Assembly: GCA_964412905.1 (NCBI GenBank)
Contig: CAYPQL010000005.1
Span: 1-37,660 of the forward strand
DNA from: an uncultured Candidatus Saccharibacteria bacterium
GTDB lineage: Bacteria; Patescibacteriota; Minisyncoccia; JAHIHE01; JAGLIN01
Reading direction: 5' to 3'
DNA: 37,660 nt
Within the stretch, counting starts at the first letter, position 1. Each line of letters begins with the position of its first letter. The notes below the pieces were generated by a model. That model saw nothing but the letters and a program-made list of their open reading frames with translations, was not told the DNA's origin and made no database searches. The position numbers were made by a program, and so were the translations under genes. Of this stretch, positions 1-9,880 are shown one piece after another.

Positions 1-767
1 AATACACCGACGGATCGGATGGAAATTATGATTATGCAAGCGGCACCTCAATGGCTGCGCCGCATGTCGCTGGATTGGCGGCTTTGATTTGGGGATATGA
101 TTCAGAGCTTTCTTATTCTGAAGTTAAGGATGTGATTTTGGAAACTGGGGATGAGTTAACTTCTCTTGCTGGGAAAACTGTAACTGGAAAAAGAATCAAT
201 GCTTTTAATGCGCTTGATTCTTTAGTTCCAACCCATACAATTTCGGGAACAATAAAATATTATGATGAGGTGAAAGTAATTCCAAATGCCACAGTAATTT
301 TAGAAAATGATGTCGGCGAGCAAATAGCTATTGCCACAACTGACGCAAACGGTTATTATGAATTTACAGGGGTTGCGGATGGTGGGGATTATGTTGTTAA
401 GGTTGAAAAAGATGATACTACTATTTCAACCCAAGTCAATGGGCTTGATCTGACAAAAATAGTTCGTCATATGGCAGGAATTGAAACGCTTGATTCCATA
501 TTTAAAATAATCGCCTCTGATGTTGATGAAACAGGAGCAATTAATGGACTTGATTTAACAAAAATAGTTAGATATATGGTTGGGCTGGACAGTGAATTCT
601 CAAGTGGTGATTGGAAATTTTATTCTTCAGAAGCTACTTTAACTGAAAGCAATTATTTAACTGAAGGATTACAGCGAACATATTCTAATTTAACAGTTGA
701 TATTCCTAATCAAAATTTCACAAGCGTTAAAATGGGGGATGTAAATAATTCGTGGAACAATAACTAA
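1..767 (+). CDS. S8 (subtilisin-like) serine protease, C-terminal part (5'-truncated by the window), followed by a beta-sandwich domain and a dockerin-like module
   Basis: The frame is open from position 3 and reads YTDGSDGNYDYASGTSMAAPHVAG, the catalytic Ser motif GTSMAxPHVAG. A duplicated NGLDLTKIVR helix and the EF-hand-like loop DVDETGAINGLD are typical of dockerins. Confidence 0.85.
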   Translation, partial: YTDGSDGNYDYASGTSMAAPHVAGLAALIWGYDSELSYSEVKDVILETGDELTSLAGKTVTGKRINAFNALDSLVPTHTISGTIKYYDEVKVIPNATVILENDVGEQIAIATTDANGYYEFTGVADGGDYVVKVEKDDTTISTQVNGLDLTKIVRHMAGIETLDSIFKIIASDVDETGAINGLDLTKIVRYMVGLDSEFSSGDWKFYSSEATLTESNYLTEGLQRTYSNLTVDIPNQNFTSVKMGDVNNSWNNN

Positions 768-805
768 ATTTATATATATTAAAAATTTAACTTCAAATTA
801 AACTT

Positions 806-3800
806 ATGAAAAAAATGTTATTAAACAAAGTAAAAAAAATTGCAAGTTTTATGCTTGTGTTATCAATGACTATTTCTAATTTAATTTTTGTTCCAGCCAC
901 ACAAGCTGTTGGGGCTTCATTAATAATAGGAAGCGATACTGCGAACAATGGAGAGTCAATTAGTATTCCAATTTTTGCTGCCAGTCCTTTTGTGGATGTT
1001 GCCAGCGTGACTATGTATATCAATTATGATTTAAGCTTACTTGAATATATTGGTTATGCATTAGATCAGTTACCGTCAGCAACTGTTAATAAAGTTGGAA
1101 ATCAGATTAGAATTGTTTGGTTTGATTCCACAGGAACAACGCCGATATCCTTTAATAACGCTGATACGCTTTTGAATTTGAATTTTAATGTAATCTCTAG
1201 CGATATTACAACTACTAATATAACTTTTGATTCTTCTTCTGTAATAGGAGATAGTTCTGCTAGCGTTATTTTCACTACTTTTACAAACGGTGTTATTACT
1301 TTAAATTCTGATCAAACAGCTCCAATTGTAACTGAAGTAACCGCGGTTCCAACGCCAACCAAGGATAATACTCCCAGCTATACATTCAATTCAACCGAAG
1401 CGGGAACGATCACTTATGACGGCGGATGTATTGGAGATGCTACCAATGCGAACGCAGGCGACAACCCAATAATTTTTGACACGCTTAGCGATGGAGTTTA
1501 TAACAGCTGCACAATTACGGTAACTGACGCTGATGATAACGCGAGCACACCCTTGCTTGTAAATACATTTACCGTTGATACAGTTGCGCCTGCAATTATT
1601 AGTTATACTTTAAACGGCGTTGAAAGCAACGCTACTTTTAATCCAGATTTAGGTGAAACAGTTGAAATAGTATTAAACGCGAACGAAAATGTTTATAATT
1701 GGGTTTCGTTGAAAATAGAAAATATGAATAATAGCGGAATATATAAATATTATTCTCCTGATTGTGATGGAAATTCACAGTGTGTGAAAACATGGGACGG
1801 ATCAATATCGCCAGGAACACTTGTTGACGGCGTGTATAAAATAAAAGTGAAAATGAAAGATGAAGCTGGAAATGTTTTCGATGAATATCTTGCGCCGTAT
1901 GTGATAATTGTTAATACTGTTACAGAAGATACAACCCCGCCAGTCATCACTTTACTTGGCAATAATCCAGTTAATCTGAATGTAGATGATATTTACGCTG
2001 ATGCCGGAGCTACTGCCAGCGATGATGTTGATGGAGATATTACAGCAAGTATTGTTATAGTAAATCCGGTAAATACAAATATAGCAGATACTTATACGGT
2101 TACTTATAATGTTTCAGATACGGCTGGTAATTCAGCAACAGAAGTGACCAGAACTGTTAATGTGGGTGAAGTACCGGACATAATCCCTCCAACCGCCACG
2201 ATTTTTTACAGCGCCACAGCCCCAACGAATGCTGATGTTGTCGCGACTATGACTCCAAGCGAGCCAGTAACAGTGACAAACAACAGCGGAAGTCTTTCAT
2301 ATACCTTTACCGCGAACGGAACATTTACTTTTGAATTTAGCGACGCGGCGGGTAATACCGGATCTGCGGTCGCAACTGTGAATAATATTGATAAAGTCGC
2401 GCCAACGATAACAACAAAATTGGGCGATGGAGTTGTTGATTATACAATTGAAGCAAACACTACAGCGAATTTGGTTTTTAGCGAGGAATTATCTTCAAGC
2501 TCTGAAACGGCGGTTCAAAACGCTCTGAGCGCGGGAGCTGATAGAACATTAACTTACGCATGGTCTGGCGCAACGCTCACGATTACAGCTACAGAAGCGA
2601 CGACTTTTGCGAATGATGTTGTTGTAAATGTTTCTGATCTTGCGGGAAATGCAGCAGAATTATTATTAGTTGACTCCGCTTTATCCGGCGACCAAACCAC
2701 TCCCGACACTGGTACGGGAGACGCTACTCTTAATAATACAACTCCGCAAGTTGTAATTACCAATCCGACTCAAGAAGTGAATATTACAATCGGTAGCGGG
2801 ACAACCAACCCTACGATTGATGTGAGCTCATTTATTTCCGGAGGAACAGGAACAATTCCGAAAATCACAATTGAATCGGAAAACGCGGATGTCGCTATTC
2901 CGGCTTCCACAACCGTTACGAGCGAGGACGCTTTATGGAACGGAATAATTAACGCGCCAACTGTTACGACCGTTGAATTGCCGGAAACTTCGGGCGAGAC
3001 GACAACACTTAATACTGCTATAGAAATTGGATTTACCGGCGCTAAATTATCTTTTGACAATGCGGTTAGAATATTAATTCCGGATCAGGCTGGCAAGAAA
3101 GCAGGTTATGTTAGAACTGGAATGACATTCACGGAGATTACTTCCAGTTGTTCCGCCGACAGCCAGGCAACGGGAGATGCTTTAGCCCCCGATGGCGATT
3201 GCAAGATTGATGTCGGTTCTGATTTAGTAATCTGGACAAAACACTTCACGAAATTCGCGGCATATACTCAAACCGCAATTCCTTCAACCGGCGGCGGAGG
3301 CGGAATTATTTCTACAACTTCGCCGACCGGCGCTTCAATCATTATCAACAACGGAGAATCTAACATTGCAAGCGCGAATGTTACTTTGACTTTGTCAGCT
3401 TCTAACGCCATACAAATGGCAATCTCGAATAATTCAGATTTTACCGATGTAAGCTGGGAAACTTATGCGGCTTCAAAAGAATGGGTGTTGACTTCCAGCA
3501 CTGGCGAAAAAACTGTCTATGCCAAATTCCGAAGTTCAAACGGCGGCGTGTCTTCTGTCGTTTCTGACAGCATTGTCTTAAACAACGCGAACAAAAATTC
3601 TAATTCAAATTCAACGGGAAAAGTTAAAGGCGTGGAAGATATAACAGTGGAAGATACAACTATCACCGACGGCGACATCATCCAGTGTAAATCTTGCTCA
3701 CAACCATTCGCGGTCTATATTGTTAAAATTACAGGCAACGCTAAATACATCCGCCACATCGCAAGCATTAATATCTTCAACCACTACAGCCATCTTAAAT

Positions 3801-4054
3801 GGGAAAACCTCAAGCAAGTTTCTTCTCTGAATGACTATTCTTTATCCGGCTGGGTAAGGGTAAATACCGGAACGAACGGAACCGCCGCTCCGACGGACAA
3901 AGTGTATGAAATAAACGGCGATCAAACTAGACACTGGATCAATATGACCGCGGAGCAATTCTTGTCTCATGGCGGATCGGAACCGGCGATATTTAATATC
4001 AATCATGGAGAATCAAATCTTTACGCCGCCGGAGCTGATGTGACGAGCTTATAA
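806..4054 (+). CDS. Large secreted/surface protein: signal peptide, N-terminal cohesin-like domain, several Ig-like domains (including FlgD-like and DUF5011-like) and a distinct C-terminal domain
   Basis: Signal peptide MKKMLL...ATQA. Cohesin-like pattern GESISIPI...INYDLSLLEY...IRIVW...LLNLNFNV...ITF...NGVITL. Repeated D-x-x-[AP]-P linkers, the DTTPPVITLLG...GATASDDVDGDIT motif and Thr/Ser-rich composition. Confidence 0.75.
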   Translation: MKKMLLNKVKKIASFMLVLSMTISNLIFVPATQAVGASLIIGSDTANNGESISIPIFAASPFVDVASVTMYINYDLSLLEYIGYALDQLPSATVNKVGNQIRIVWFDSTGTTPISFNNADTLLNLNFNVISSDITTTNITFDSSSVIGDSSASVIFTTFTNGVITLNSDQTAPIVTEVTAVPTPTKDNTPSYTFNSTEAGTITYDGGCIGDATNANAGDNPIIFDTLSDGVYNSCTITVTDADDNASTPLLVNTFTVDTVAPAIISYTLNGVESNATFNPDLGETVEIVLNANENVYNWVSLKIENMNNSGIYKYYSPDCDGNSQCVKTWDGSISPGTLVDGVYKIKVKMKDEAGNVFDEYLAPYVIIVNTVTEDTTPPVITLLGNNPVNLNVDDIYADAGATASDDVDGDITASIVIVNPVNTNIADTYTVTYNVSDTAGNSATEVTRTVNVGEVPDIIPPTATIFYSATAPTNADVVATMTPSEPVTVTNNSGSLSYTFTANGTFTFEFSDAAGNTGSAVATVNNIDKVAPTITTKLGDGVVDYTIEANTTANLVFSEELSSSSETAVQNALSAGADRTLTYAWSGATLTITATEATTFANDVVVNVSDLAGNAAELLLVDSALSGDQTTPDTGTGDATLNNTTPQVVITNPTQEVNITIGSGTTNPTIDVSSFISGGTGTIPKITIESENADVAIPASTTVTSEDALWNGIINAPTVTTVELPETSGETTTLNTAIEIGFTGAKLSFDNAVRILIPDQAGKKAGYVRTGMTFTEITSSCSADSQATGDALAPDGDCKIDVGSDLVIWTKHFTKFAAYTQTAIPSTGGGGGIISTTSPTGASIIINNGESNIASANVTLTLSASNAIQMAISNNSDFTDVSWETYAASKEWVLTSSTGEKTVYAKFRSSNGGVSSVVSDSIVLNNANKNSNSNSTGKVKGVEDITVEDTTITDGDIIQCKSCSQPFAVYIVKITGNAKYIRHIASINIFNHYSHLKWENLKQVSSLNDYSLSGWVRVNTGTNGTAAPTDKVYEINGDQTRHWINMTAEQFLSHGGSEPAIFNINHGESNLYAAGADVTSL

Positions 4055-4073
4055 GAATTTGCGATTATGCCCG

Positions 4074-4110
4074 CAAAACCCGGCCTCATCAGCCGGGTTT
4101 TGTTTTGTTT
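4074..4110 (+). terminator. Rho-independent terminator after the surface-protein gene
   Basis: CAAAACCCGGC / GCCGGGTTTTG stem followed by a T-rich tract. Confidence 0.8.
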
Positions 4111-4187
4111 ATCCCCAAAGAATCCGACAATTCCGCGTTCCTTTTTTAGACAGCCTATTCGCGGTAATGTAATTCATTTTTAAAAAG

Positions 4188-4221
4188 TAGTGTCTTTTCT
4201 ACGGCCGTAGAAAAGACACTA
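4188..4221. repeat. 34-bp perfect palindrome, copy 1
   Basis: TAGTGTCTTTTCTACGG|CCGTAGAAAAGACACTA, identical to 4837-4870. Confidence 0.95.
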
Positions 4222-4308
4222 TGCTTATTCTGTAAATAGATGTATAATTAAAATAGACATGTAATCAAAACCATAAAGCTTAATCAAAATCATTAATCAT
4301 TAATCATT

Positions 4309-4839
4309 ATGAAATTGCCAATCACTGAAAATTTTTTGCTGGATGTTTATAATCACATTGAAAAATTAGATGAAACTTTTAGCCTATTTATCCCCCGAAC
4401 AATGAAAGAAGCTTGCTATCCCGATCTTTATGAATTGAAGCAACAGCACAAAAGAAGAAAGACGAAACAAGAATTCAGCCAGTTGGTCTATTATTTAAAG
4501 AAAAAAGGATATATTAAAATTAAAAATCTAGAGCAGAATAAAGGAGTTATTTTAACGAAAAAAGGAGAAGAGAAGGTTCTAAGAATAAAATTTAAAATAA
4601 GGAAAAAAGAAGAAAGATCGGATAAAAAATGGCAAATGATAATTTTTGATATTCCCGAAAAGAAAAGACGCCTGAGAGATTTATTGCGGGACAATCTTTG
4701 CCTTTTGGAATACAGAATGCTCCAACAAAGCATCTGGGTCTGCCCTTATGATGTTCAAAAAGAAACAGAATTTATTCTAAGAAAACATTCTCTTGACCCA
4801 TATGTAAAATTGTTCCTGATAGAAGAAATAGAAATATAG
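4309..4839 (+). CDS. PaaX-like protein: winged-HTH-like N-terminus plus Cas2/VapD-like ferredoxin-fold domain
   Basis: LVYYLKKKGYI...LTKKG (wHTH wing), then WQMIIFDIPEKKRRLRD...L...YRMLQQSIW, the FDIPE / LQxSVW signature shared by the PaaX central domain and Cas2. Confidence 0.75.
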   Translation: MKLPITENFLLDVYNHIEKLDETFSLFIPRTMKEACYPDLYELKQQHKRRKTKQEFSQLVYYLKKKGYIKIKNLEQNKGVILTKKGEEKVLRIKFKIRKKEERSDKKWQMIIFDIPEKKRRLRDLLRDNLCLLEYRMLQQSIWVCPYDVQKETEFILRKHSLDPYVKLFLIEEIEI

Positions 4840-4875
4840 TGTCTTTTCTACGGCCGTAGAAAAGACACTATATTT
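4832..4875. repeat. 44-bp perfect palindrome, copy 2 (contains the 34-bp core and the stop codon of the preceding gene)
   Basis: AAATATAGTGTCTTTTCTACGG|CCGTAGAAAAGACACTATATTT; the TAG stop lies at 4837-4839. Confidence 0.95.
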
Positions 4876-4892
4876 AATTATTACTAAGTAAT

Positions 4893-4933
4893 TATTATTA
4901 AAGAAGTATTATTAAAGAAGTATTATTAAAGAA
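4893..4933. repeat. 14-bp tandem repeat, about 3 copies
   Basis: TATTATTAAAGAAG x2 plus TATTATTAAAGAA. Confidence 0.9.
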
Positions 4934-4984
4934 ATGCGCTATGAGTGATAAAGAGTTTTATATTTAAAAATAAATTTAAAAATT

Positions 4985-6118
4985 ATGAACTGCGAAAGAT
5001 CGCTGGGTTTGCATAAAAAACTTGGCGGAAAGCTGGAAATTAAAAGCAAATTTGAAATTAAAACGAAAGAGGATTTGAGTATGGCGTATACTCCTTGCGT
5101 TGCCGAGGTTTCTTCCGCGATAGCGAAAGACAAAAAGCTGGCGAGAGAATATACTATAAAGAAAAATACGGTGGCGGTTGTTTCCGACGGGAGCGCTGTT
5201 TTGGGGCTGGGCAATATCGGCGCGGAAGCGGCAATTCCCGTGATGGAAGGGAAGGCGATTTTATTCAAAGAACTTGCCGGCGTTGACGCGTTTCCGATCT
5301 GCCTGAAAACCCAGGACCCGGATGAAATTATTGGAATCGTGAAAAATATCTCTCCGGTTTTCGGGGGAATAAACATGGAAGATATTGCCGCGCCGAATTG
5401 TTTTTATATTGAAGAAAAATTGCAGGATATCGGAATACCGGTTATGCACGACGATCAGCACGGAACGGCGATAGTCGTCGTTGCCGCGCTGATGAACGCT
5501 TCAAAGGTTCTCGGCAAAAAAATAAGCTCTATGAAAATTGTGATTGTCGGCGCGGGAGCCGCGGGAACCGCGATCGCGAAAATGATAGCGCGCGAATTGG
5601 ATCCGAAAGACATAATTATCTGCGACAGCAAAGGCATAATAAGCGGAGACAGAAAAGATCTAAATCCGGCGAAGGAAAAGCTTCTTGAAATTACAAATAA
5701 AAATAACGCCTCGGGAAATATGAAAAACGCGCTGGCGGGCGCGGATGTTTTTATCGGAGTTTCAAAAGGAGGAATTCTAAACGTTGATCTGGTTAAAACT
5801 ATGAATGTCAATCCCATTATATTCGCGATGGCGAATCCGATTCCGGAGATTATGCCGGATGAAGCGAAAAAAGCCGGCGCGTTTATCATCGGCTCGGGAA
5901 GAAGCGATTTCCCAAATCAGATAAACAACGCCTTGGTTTTTCCGGGAATTTTCAGGGGGCTTTTGGATAATAATATAATAAAAATTACCGATAAAATCAA
6001 GATGAACGCGGCGAAAGCTTTGGCGGGCTATGTCAAAAATCCGACCGCTGAAAATATTCTGCCCGGCATACTTGATAAAAAAGCGGCGGCGGCCGTCGCG
6101 AATAGCGTTAAAGGATAA
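4985..6118 (+). CDS. NAD(P)-dependent malic enzyme (short bacterial type)
   Basis: Motifs AYTP, DGSAVLGLGNIG, MEGK, EDIAAP, HDDQHGTA, GAGAAG, FAMANP and GRSDFPNQINN. Confidence 0.95.
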   Translation: MNCERSLGLHKKLGGKLEIKSKFEIKTKEDLSMAYTPCVAEVSSAIAKDKKLAREYTIKKNTVAVVSDGSAVLGLGNIGAEAAIPVMEGKAILFKELAGVDAFPICLKTQDPDEIIGIVKNISPVFGGINMEDIAAPNCFYIEEKLQDIGIPVMHDDQHGTAIVVVAALMNASKVLGKKISSMKIVIVGAGAAGTAIAKMIARELDPKDIIICDSKGIISGDRKDLNPAKEKLLEITNKNNASGNMKNALAGADVFIGVSKGGILNVDLVKTMNVNPIIFAMANPIPEIMPDEAKKAGAFIIGSGRSDFPNQINNALVFPGIFRGLLDNNIIKITDKIKMNAAKALAGYVKNPTAENILPGILDKKAAAAVANSVKG

Positions 6119-6144
6119 TAGCAGTTTTATTTTTAATATTTATT

Positions 6145-7602
6145 TTACTTTTCTTCCAAATCAATTTGAATCAATCTGCCGTTTTTTATGTAGTATAACA
6201 AATTGGAATTTTTGAGATAAAAAATATTATCATTGTCGGTCTCCAGAATTTCAAATACATTTCTCTTGTCTCTGCCGTCTATCTCCGAGAATTTGAAAAT
6301 ATTTCCTTCTTTGTAAAACAAGTGCTCCTCGTCCTTGTATAAAAAAACATTGCTTATATTTCCGCTAAACCTCGTGATGAGTTCGTTCGCGAACTCTTTT
6401 TTTTGCGGCTGGGAAGTTTTTTCTTTGATATAATAAATCCAAATTTCGTGATCATTGCCGTAAATAATCCTCTCGTCATTATTTGAAAAATCAGCTTTTT
6501 TTGCGGAAGAATTTATAAATTTTATTTCATTTTTATTGTTTACATAATATAATCTTCCGGAAGAAGACAGGATAAGAAAAGCATTTTTGCCGGTTTTGGT
6601 TATTTCGGCCGGAAGATCGGAGTCAAAATTTTCCGGCATCTCAAATGCGGTTTTTATATCAGGCGCGTCAGACAAGCCGCTTATACTGCCGTAATATAAT
6701 TTCTTGTCGCCGGGTTTGAAAAAATATATATAATCCCCGTAAATTGAAAAACTGTTTACATCCCCCAGCGCTTTTTCCGCAGTCCGCTTGGCATAGTCGA
6801 GTCTGTATAAAGCGGAATTTTTTATAAAAAATAAAAACTTGCCGAAATAAAAATTCCATTCGTTTTTGATTTCTTCGCTCTCATTAAGCGTCTGGCTCAA
6901 GTCGTATATTTTACTTCCATTTTCAACATCAATAAGATACCAAATATTTTTATTCGCCGATTTGATTTTTAGAATTACATTCGCGTTATCGTTAGAAAAA
7001 ATAATATTGCTGAAAGAATAACCGTCTTTTATTCCGCTGAATGGAATTTTTTCCAGATCGGCAATTATGCTCTCGCTATTTTTATTAAAATCAAAAACAG
7101 CTAAAGCCAGCCTTTTTTCACTCATCTTTTGGTATGCTATTTTATCTTTTCTGTTATTTGTCCAAATATTATTTTCTTGAGAATTAATTTCTATCCCGCT
7201 CAAAATTATATTTTTGCTATAATCTTTTTTTAACAAAACAATATTTTTCAGCTCTGTGACATATCCGCTTTTTACATTTACATTTTTTCCCCAGCCAAAA
7301 TAATTAGCGCTTTCTATTTTGATATCATAAGTTCCGCTTTTAAGATCTTCAATTTTAACGAAATCGCTGAACAAGTTCGCTATGGTCTTGTTGTTTTTAT
7401 AAATCGCGCCGTCTTTGTATATATCAACTTTTTCCGGCTGCGCTTTTATTATTATCGCCCCGGTTTGCACGGCTTTGTTTTCTTCAAGGTTATACTTGTA
7501 TCCGAAACTGTAAAACAGCACGATTCCCAATAAAAAGAAGAAAGTTATGGCGCAAAAATACAAGTAAAGTTTGAATTTTTTGTCTAGCATAAAAATAATC
7601 AC
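6145..7602 (-). CDS. Membrane-anchored PEGA-domain / beta-propeller-like protein
   Basis: N-terminal TM helix followed by GYKYN...QTGAIIIKAQP...L..GTYDIKIE..NYFGW (PEGA-like), then a beta-rich remainder. The start may be a downstream ATG. Confidence 0.65.
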   Translation of the reverse strand: MIIFMLDKKFKLYLYFCAITFFFLLGIVLFYSFGYKYNLEENKAVQTGAIIIKAQPEKVDIYKDGAIYKNNKTIANLFSDFVKIEDLKSGTYDIKIESANYFGWGKNVNVKSGYVTELKNIVLLKKDYSKNIILSGIEINSQENNIWTNNRKDKIAYQKMSEKRLALAVFDFNKNSESIIADLEKIPFSGIKDGYSFSNIIFSNDNANVILKIKSANKNIWYLIDVENGSKIYDLSQTLNESEEIKNEWNFYFGKFLFFIKNSALYRLDYAKRTAEKALGDVNSFSIYGDYIYFFKPGDKKLYYGSISGLSDAPDIKTAFEMPENFDSDLPAEITKTGKNAFLILSSSGRLYYVNNKNEIKFINSSAKKADFSNNDERIIYGNDHEIWIYYIKEKTSQPQKKEFANELITRFSGNISNVFLYKDEEHLFYKEGNIFKFSEIDGRDKRNVFEILETDNDNIFYLKNSNLLYYIKNGRLIQIDLEEK

Positions 7603-7634
7603 TATGAATTACCATATTATCATAATAATTTAAA

Positions 7635-7662
7635 TTGACAATTAAGGCAAATGAGATAGAAT
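7635..7662 (+). promoter_or_regulatory. Putative sigma70 promoter of mreB
   Basis: TTGACA-N16-TAGAAT. Confidence 0.55.
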
Positions 7663-7689
7663 AAAATAAGTTAATGCTAATAAATATTT

Positions 7690-8697
7690 ATGTTCACCAA
7701 TAAAATAGGAATAGACTTGGGCACCGCCAATATTTTGGTTTTTATACCTCAAAAAGGAGTGGTAATAAACGAACCGTCGGTTGTCGCCGTTTCCGTCGCG
7801 GATAACAAAATTTTAGCCGTGGGAAGTGAAGCGAAAGAAATGCTGGGAAAGACTCCGGAGAGCATTCGCGCCAGTCGCCCGGTGAAAGACGGCGTAATCG
7901 CCGATTATAAAGTCACGGAAGCGATGATGAAATATTTCATAAACAAGGTAAGCGGGAAGATAAGATTTTCAAAACCGGAAGTCATTGTTTCCGTTCCCGC
8001 CGGAATCACTTCAACGGAAAGAAGGGCTGTTATTGACGCGACTTTGCAGGCCGGAGCCAAGGCCGCTTATGTCGTCAAGGAGCCGATTCTTGCCGCTATC
8101 GGAGCAGGCATTCCGATCAATACTCCCTTCGGAAATATGATAATTGATGTCGGAGGGGGTACCTCGGAAGTCGCTATCATTTCTTTGGGGGGGATAGTTT
8201 CTTTTTCTTCGGTGAGAGTCGGAGGGGACAAGCTGGATCAGGCTATTTTGGAATACATAAAAAAGAAGCATGGAGTCGCTATCGGAGAAAGAAACGCCGA
8301 GGAAATAAAAATAAAAATCGGCAACGCGGTCATAGAAGAAGAGGAAGATTTTATGGAAGTGAGGGGAAGAGATCTCGTCTCCGGCTTGCCGAAAACCATA
8401 AAAATAGGATCTTGCGAAATTACGGAAGCGATGCAGGACAAGCTCGCGGAGATAATAAGAGCCGTCAAGAATGTCCTTCAAGACACCCCTCCGGAACTTT
8501 CTTCCGATGTGATTGACAGGGGAATGGTTTTGAGCGGAGGCGGAGCCCTTCTGCGAAATATGGACAAACTGCTTTCCCAAGCCACGGGAGTTCCCTGCTA
8601 TATCGCCGACGAGCCGCTATTATGCGTCGCCAAGGGAACGGGAAAAATTTTGGAAAATCTTGATATGTACAAAAGAAGCATCCTTTCCAAGAAATAG
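7690..8697 (+). CDS. mreB: Rod shape-determining protein MreB
   Basis: Motifs IGIDLGTAN, EPSVVA, DVGGGTSE and GGGALL. Confidence 0.97.
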   Translation: MFTNKIGIDLGTANILVFIPQKGVVINEPSVVAVSVADNKILAVGSEAKEMLGKTPESIRASRPVKDGVIADYKVTEAMMKYFINKVSGKIRFSKPEVIVSVPAGITSTERRAVIDATLQAGAKAAYVVKEPILAAIGAGIPINTPFGNMIIDVGGGTSEVAIISLGGIVSFSSVRVGGDKLDQAILEYIKKKHGVAIGERNAEEIKIKIGNAVIEEEEDFMEVRGRDLVSGLPKTIKIGSCEITEAMQDKLAEIIRAVKNVLQDTPPELSSDVIDRGMVLSGGGALLRNMDKLLSQATGVPCYIADEPLLCVAKGTGKILENLDMYKRSILSKK

Positions 8698-8766
8698 ATT
8701 TAAGATAAAGCTTAATTTAAAGGTCGAATAATTTAAAAATAAAATATTAATAAATAAGATAAAACT

Positions 8767-9528
8767 ATGTTTGAGATTTTATTTTTTTGGCTGATAATAA
8801 CCGCGGGGTTTATTTTATTGGCCAGCATCAAGCAAATTAATGAATATGAAAGAGGAGTGAAGTTTCAACTCGGCAAGTACATCAGCATTATGGAACCGGG
8901 CTGGAGAATTGTTGTTCCTGTTTTTCAATCATATCAGAAAGTTGATATCAGAGTAAAAGTGGTTGATGTTCCCGATCAAGACGCGATTACGAAAGACAAT
9001 GTTTCCGTAAATGTCAATGCTGTTCTTTATTATAAAGTTGCCGATGCCGAATCTGCTATTATCAAGGTGGAATATTTTGACTATGCAGTTTCTCAGCTTG
9101 CGCAAACCACAATGAGAGATGTTGTCGGCGAGGTGACGCTGGACGAATTGCTTTCCAAGAGAGATACAATATCGCAGAGAATTCAGGAAATCGTTGATAA
9201 AGCGACAGATCCATGGGGAATAAAAATTGTTTCTGTTGATTTGAAGCACATTGAACTTCCCGAGAATATGAAAAGAACTATAGCAAAACAAGCTGAAGCC
9301 GAGAGAGAAAAGAGGGCGGTTATAATCAAAGCCGAGGGAGAAGTCGCAGCAGCGGATAATATGGCAAAAGCCGCTGGAATTCTGGCAAGCTCTTCAGGCG
9401 CCCTTCATCTTCGAACTCTGCAGTCTATAAACGATATAAGTTCCGATCAATCCAATACAGTTATCTTTGCGGTTCCTTTGGAAATTTTAAGGGCGTTTGA
9501 AACAATGAACAATAGATCCAACAAATAA
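8767..9528 (+). CDS. SPFH / band 7 / stomatin-like membrane protein
   Basis: N-terminal TM helix; EYERGV, ITKDNVSV, AQTTMR, WGIKI and KQAEAEREKRA. Confidence 0.92.
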   Translation: MFEILFFWLIITAGFILLASIKQINEYERGVKFQLGKYISIMEPGWRIVVPVFQSYQKVDIRVKVVDVPDQDAITKDNVSVNVNAVLYYKVADAESAIIKVEYFDYAVSQLAQTTMRDVVGEVTLDELLSKRDTISQRIQEIVDKATDPWGIKIVSVDLKHIELPENMKRTIAKQAEAEREKRAVIIKAEGEVAAADNMAKAAGILASSSGALHLRTLQSINDISSDQSNTVIFAVPLEILRAFETMNNRSNK

Positions 9529-9535
9529 AAATAAC

Positions 9536-9576
9536 AAGCAAGATCAAACAAAGGCTTTGGTCTTGCTTTATTTTTA
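9536..9576 (+). terminator. Terminator after mreB-SPFH
   Basis: AAGCAAGATCAAA / TTTGGTCTTGCTT stem followed by TATTTTT. Confidence 0.6.
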
Positions 9577-9708
9577 TGAGTGTGATATAAAGAATAGGCG
9601 AATAAGCATTTAAACATATAAACATAATCACATTTTAACAAGTTTTTTAATTGTTTTTTGGGAATGTTGAAATGTTTATATGTTAAAATGCTAATATGAT
9701 TATTGTGG

Positions 9709-9781
9709 GGGGCGTTAGCTCAGTAGGTAGAGCAGCAGCCTTTTAAGCTGAGGGTCACAGGTTCGATCCCTGTACGCCCCA
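9709..9781 (+). tRNA. tRNA-Lys (anticodon UUU); CCA not encoded
   Basis: Acceptor stem GGGGCGT/ACGCCCC+A, D arm GCTC..GAGC, anticodon loop CTTTTAA, T arm ACAGG TTCGATC CCTGT. Confidence 0.95.
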
Positions 9782-9880
9782 CAATTCATTTAAACATTTT
9801 AACAAGGTTGCTATTATTGACAGATATCAAATATTATAATACTATACGCATAAGCATGGTCAGTGCCAGGAGGATTTGAA

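Noticed and set aside
4188-4933. CRISPR-Cas locus (Cas2-like gene plus repeats)
   Set aside because: Only two palindromes 649 bp apart, no repeat-spacer periodicity and no cas1 or effector gene. The 14-mer array has no spacers.
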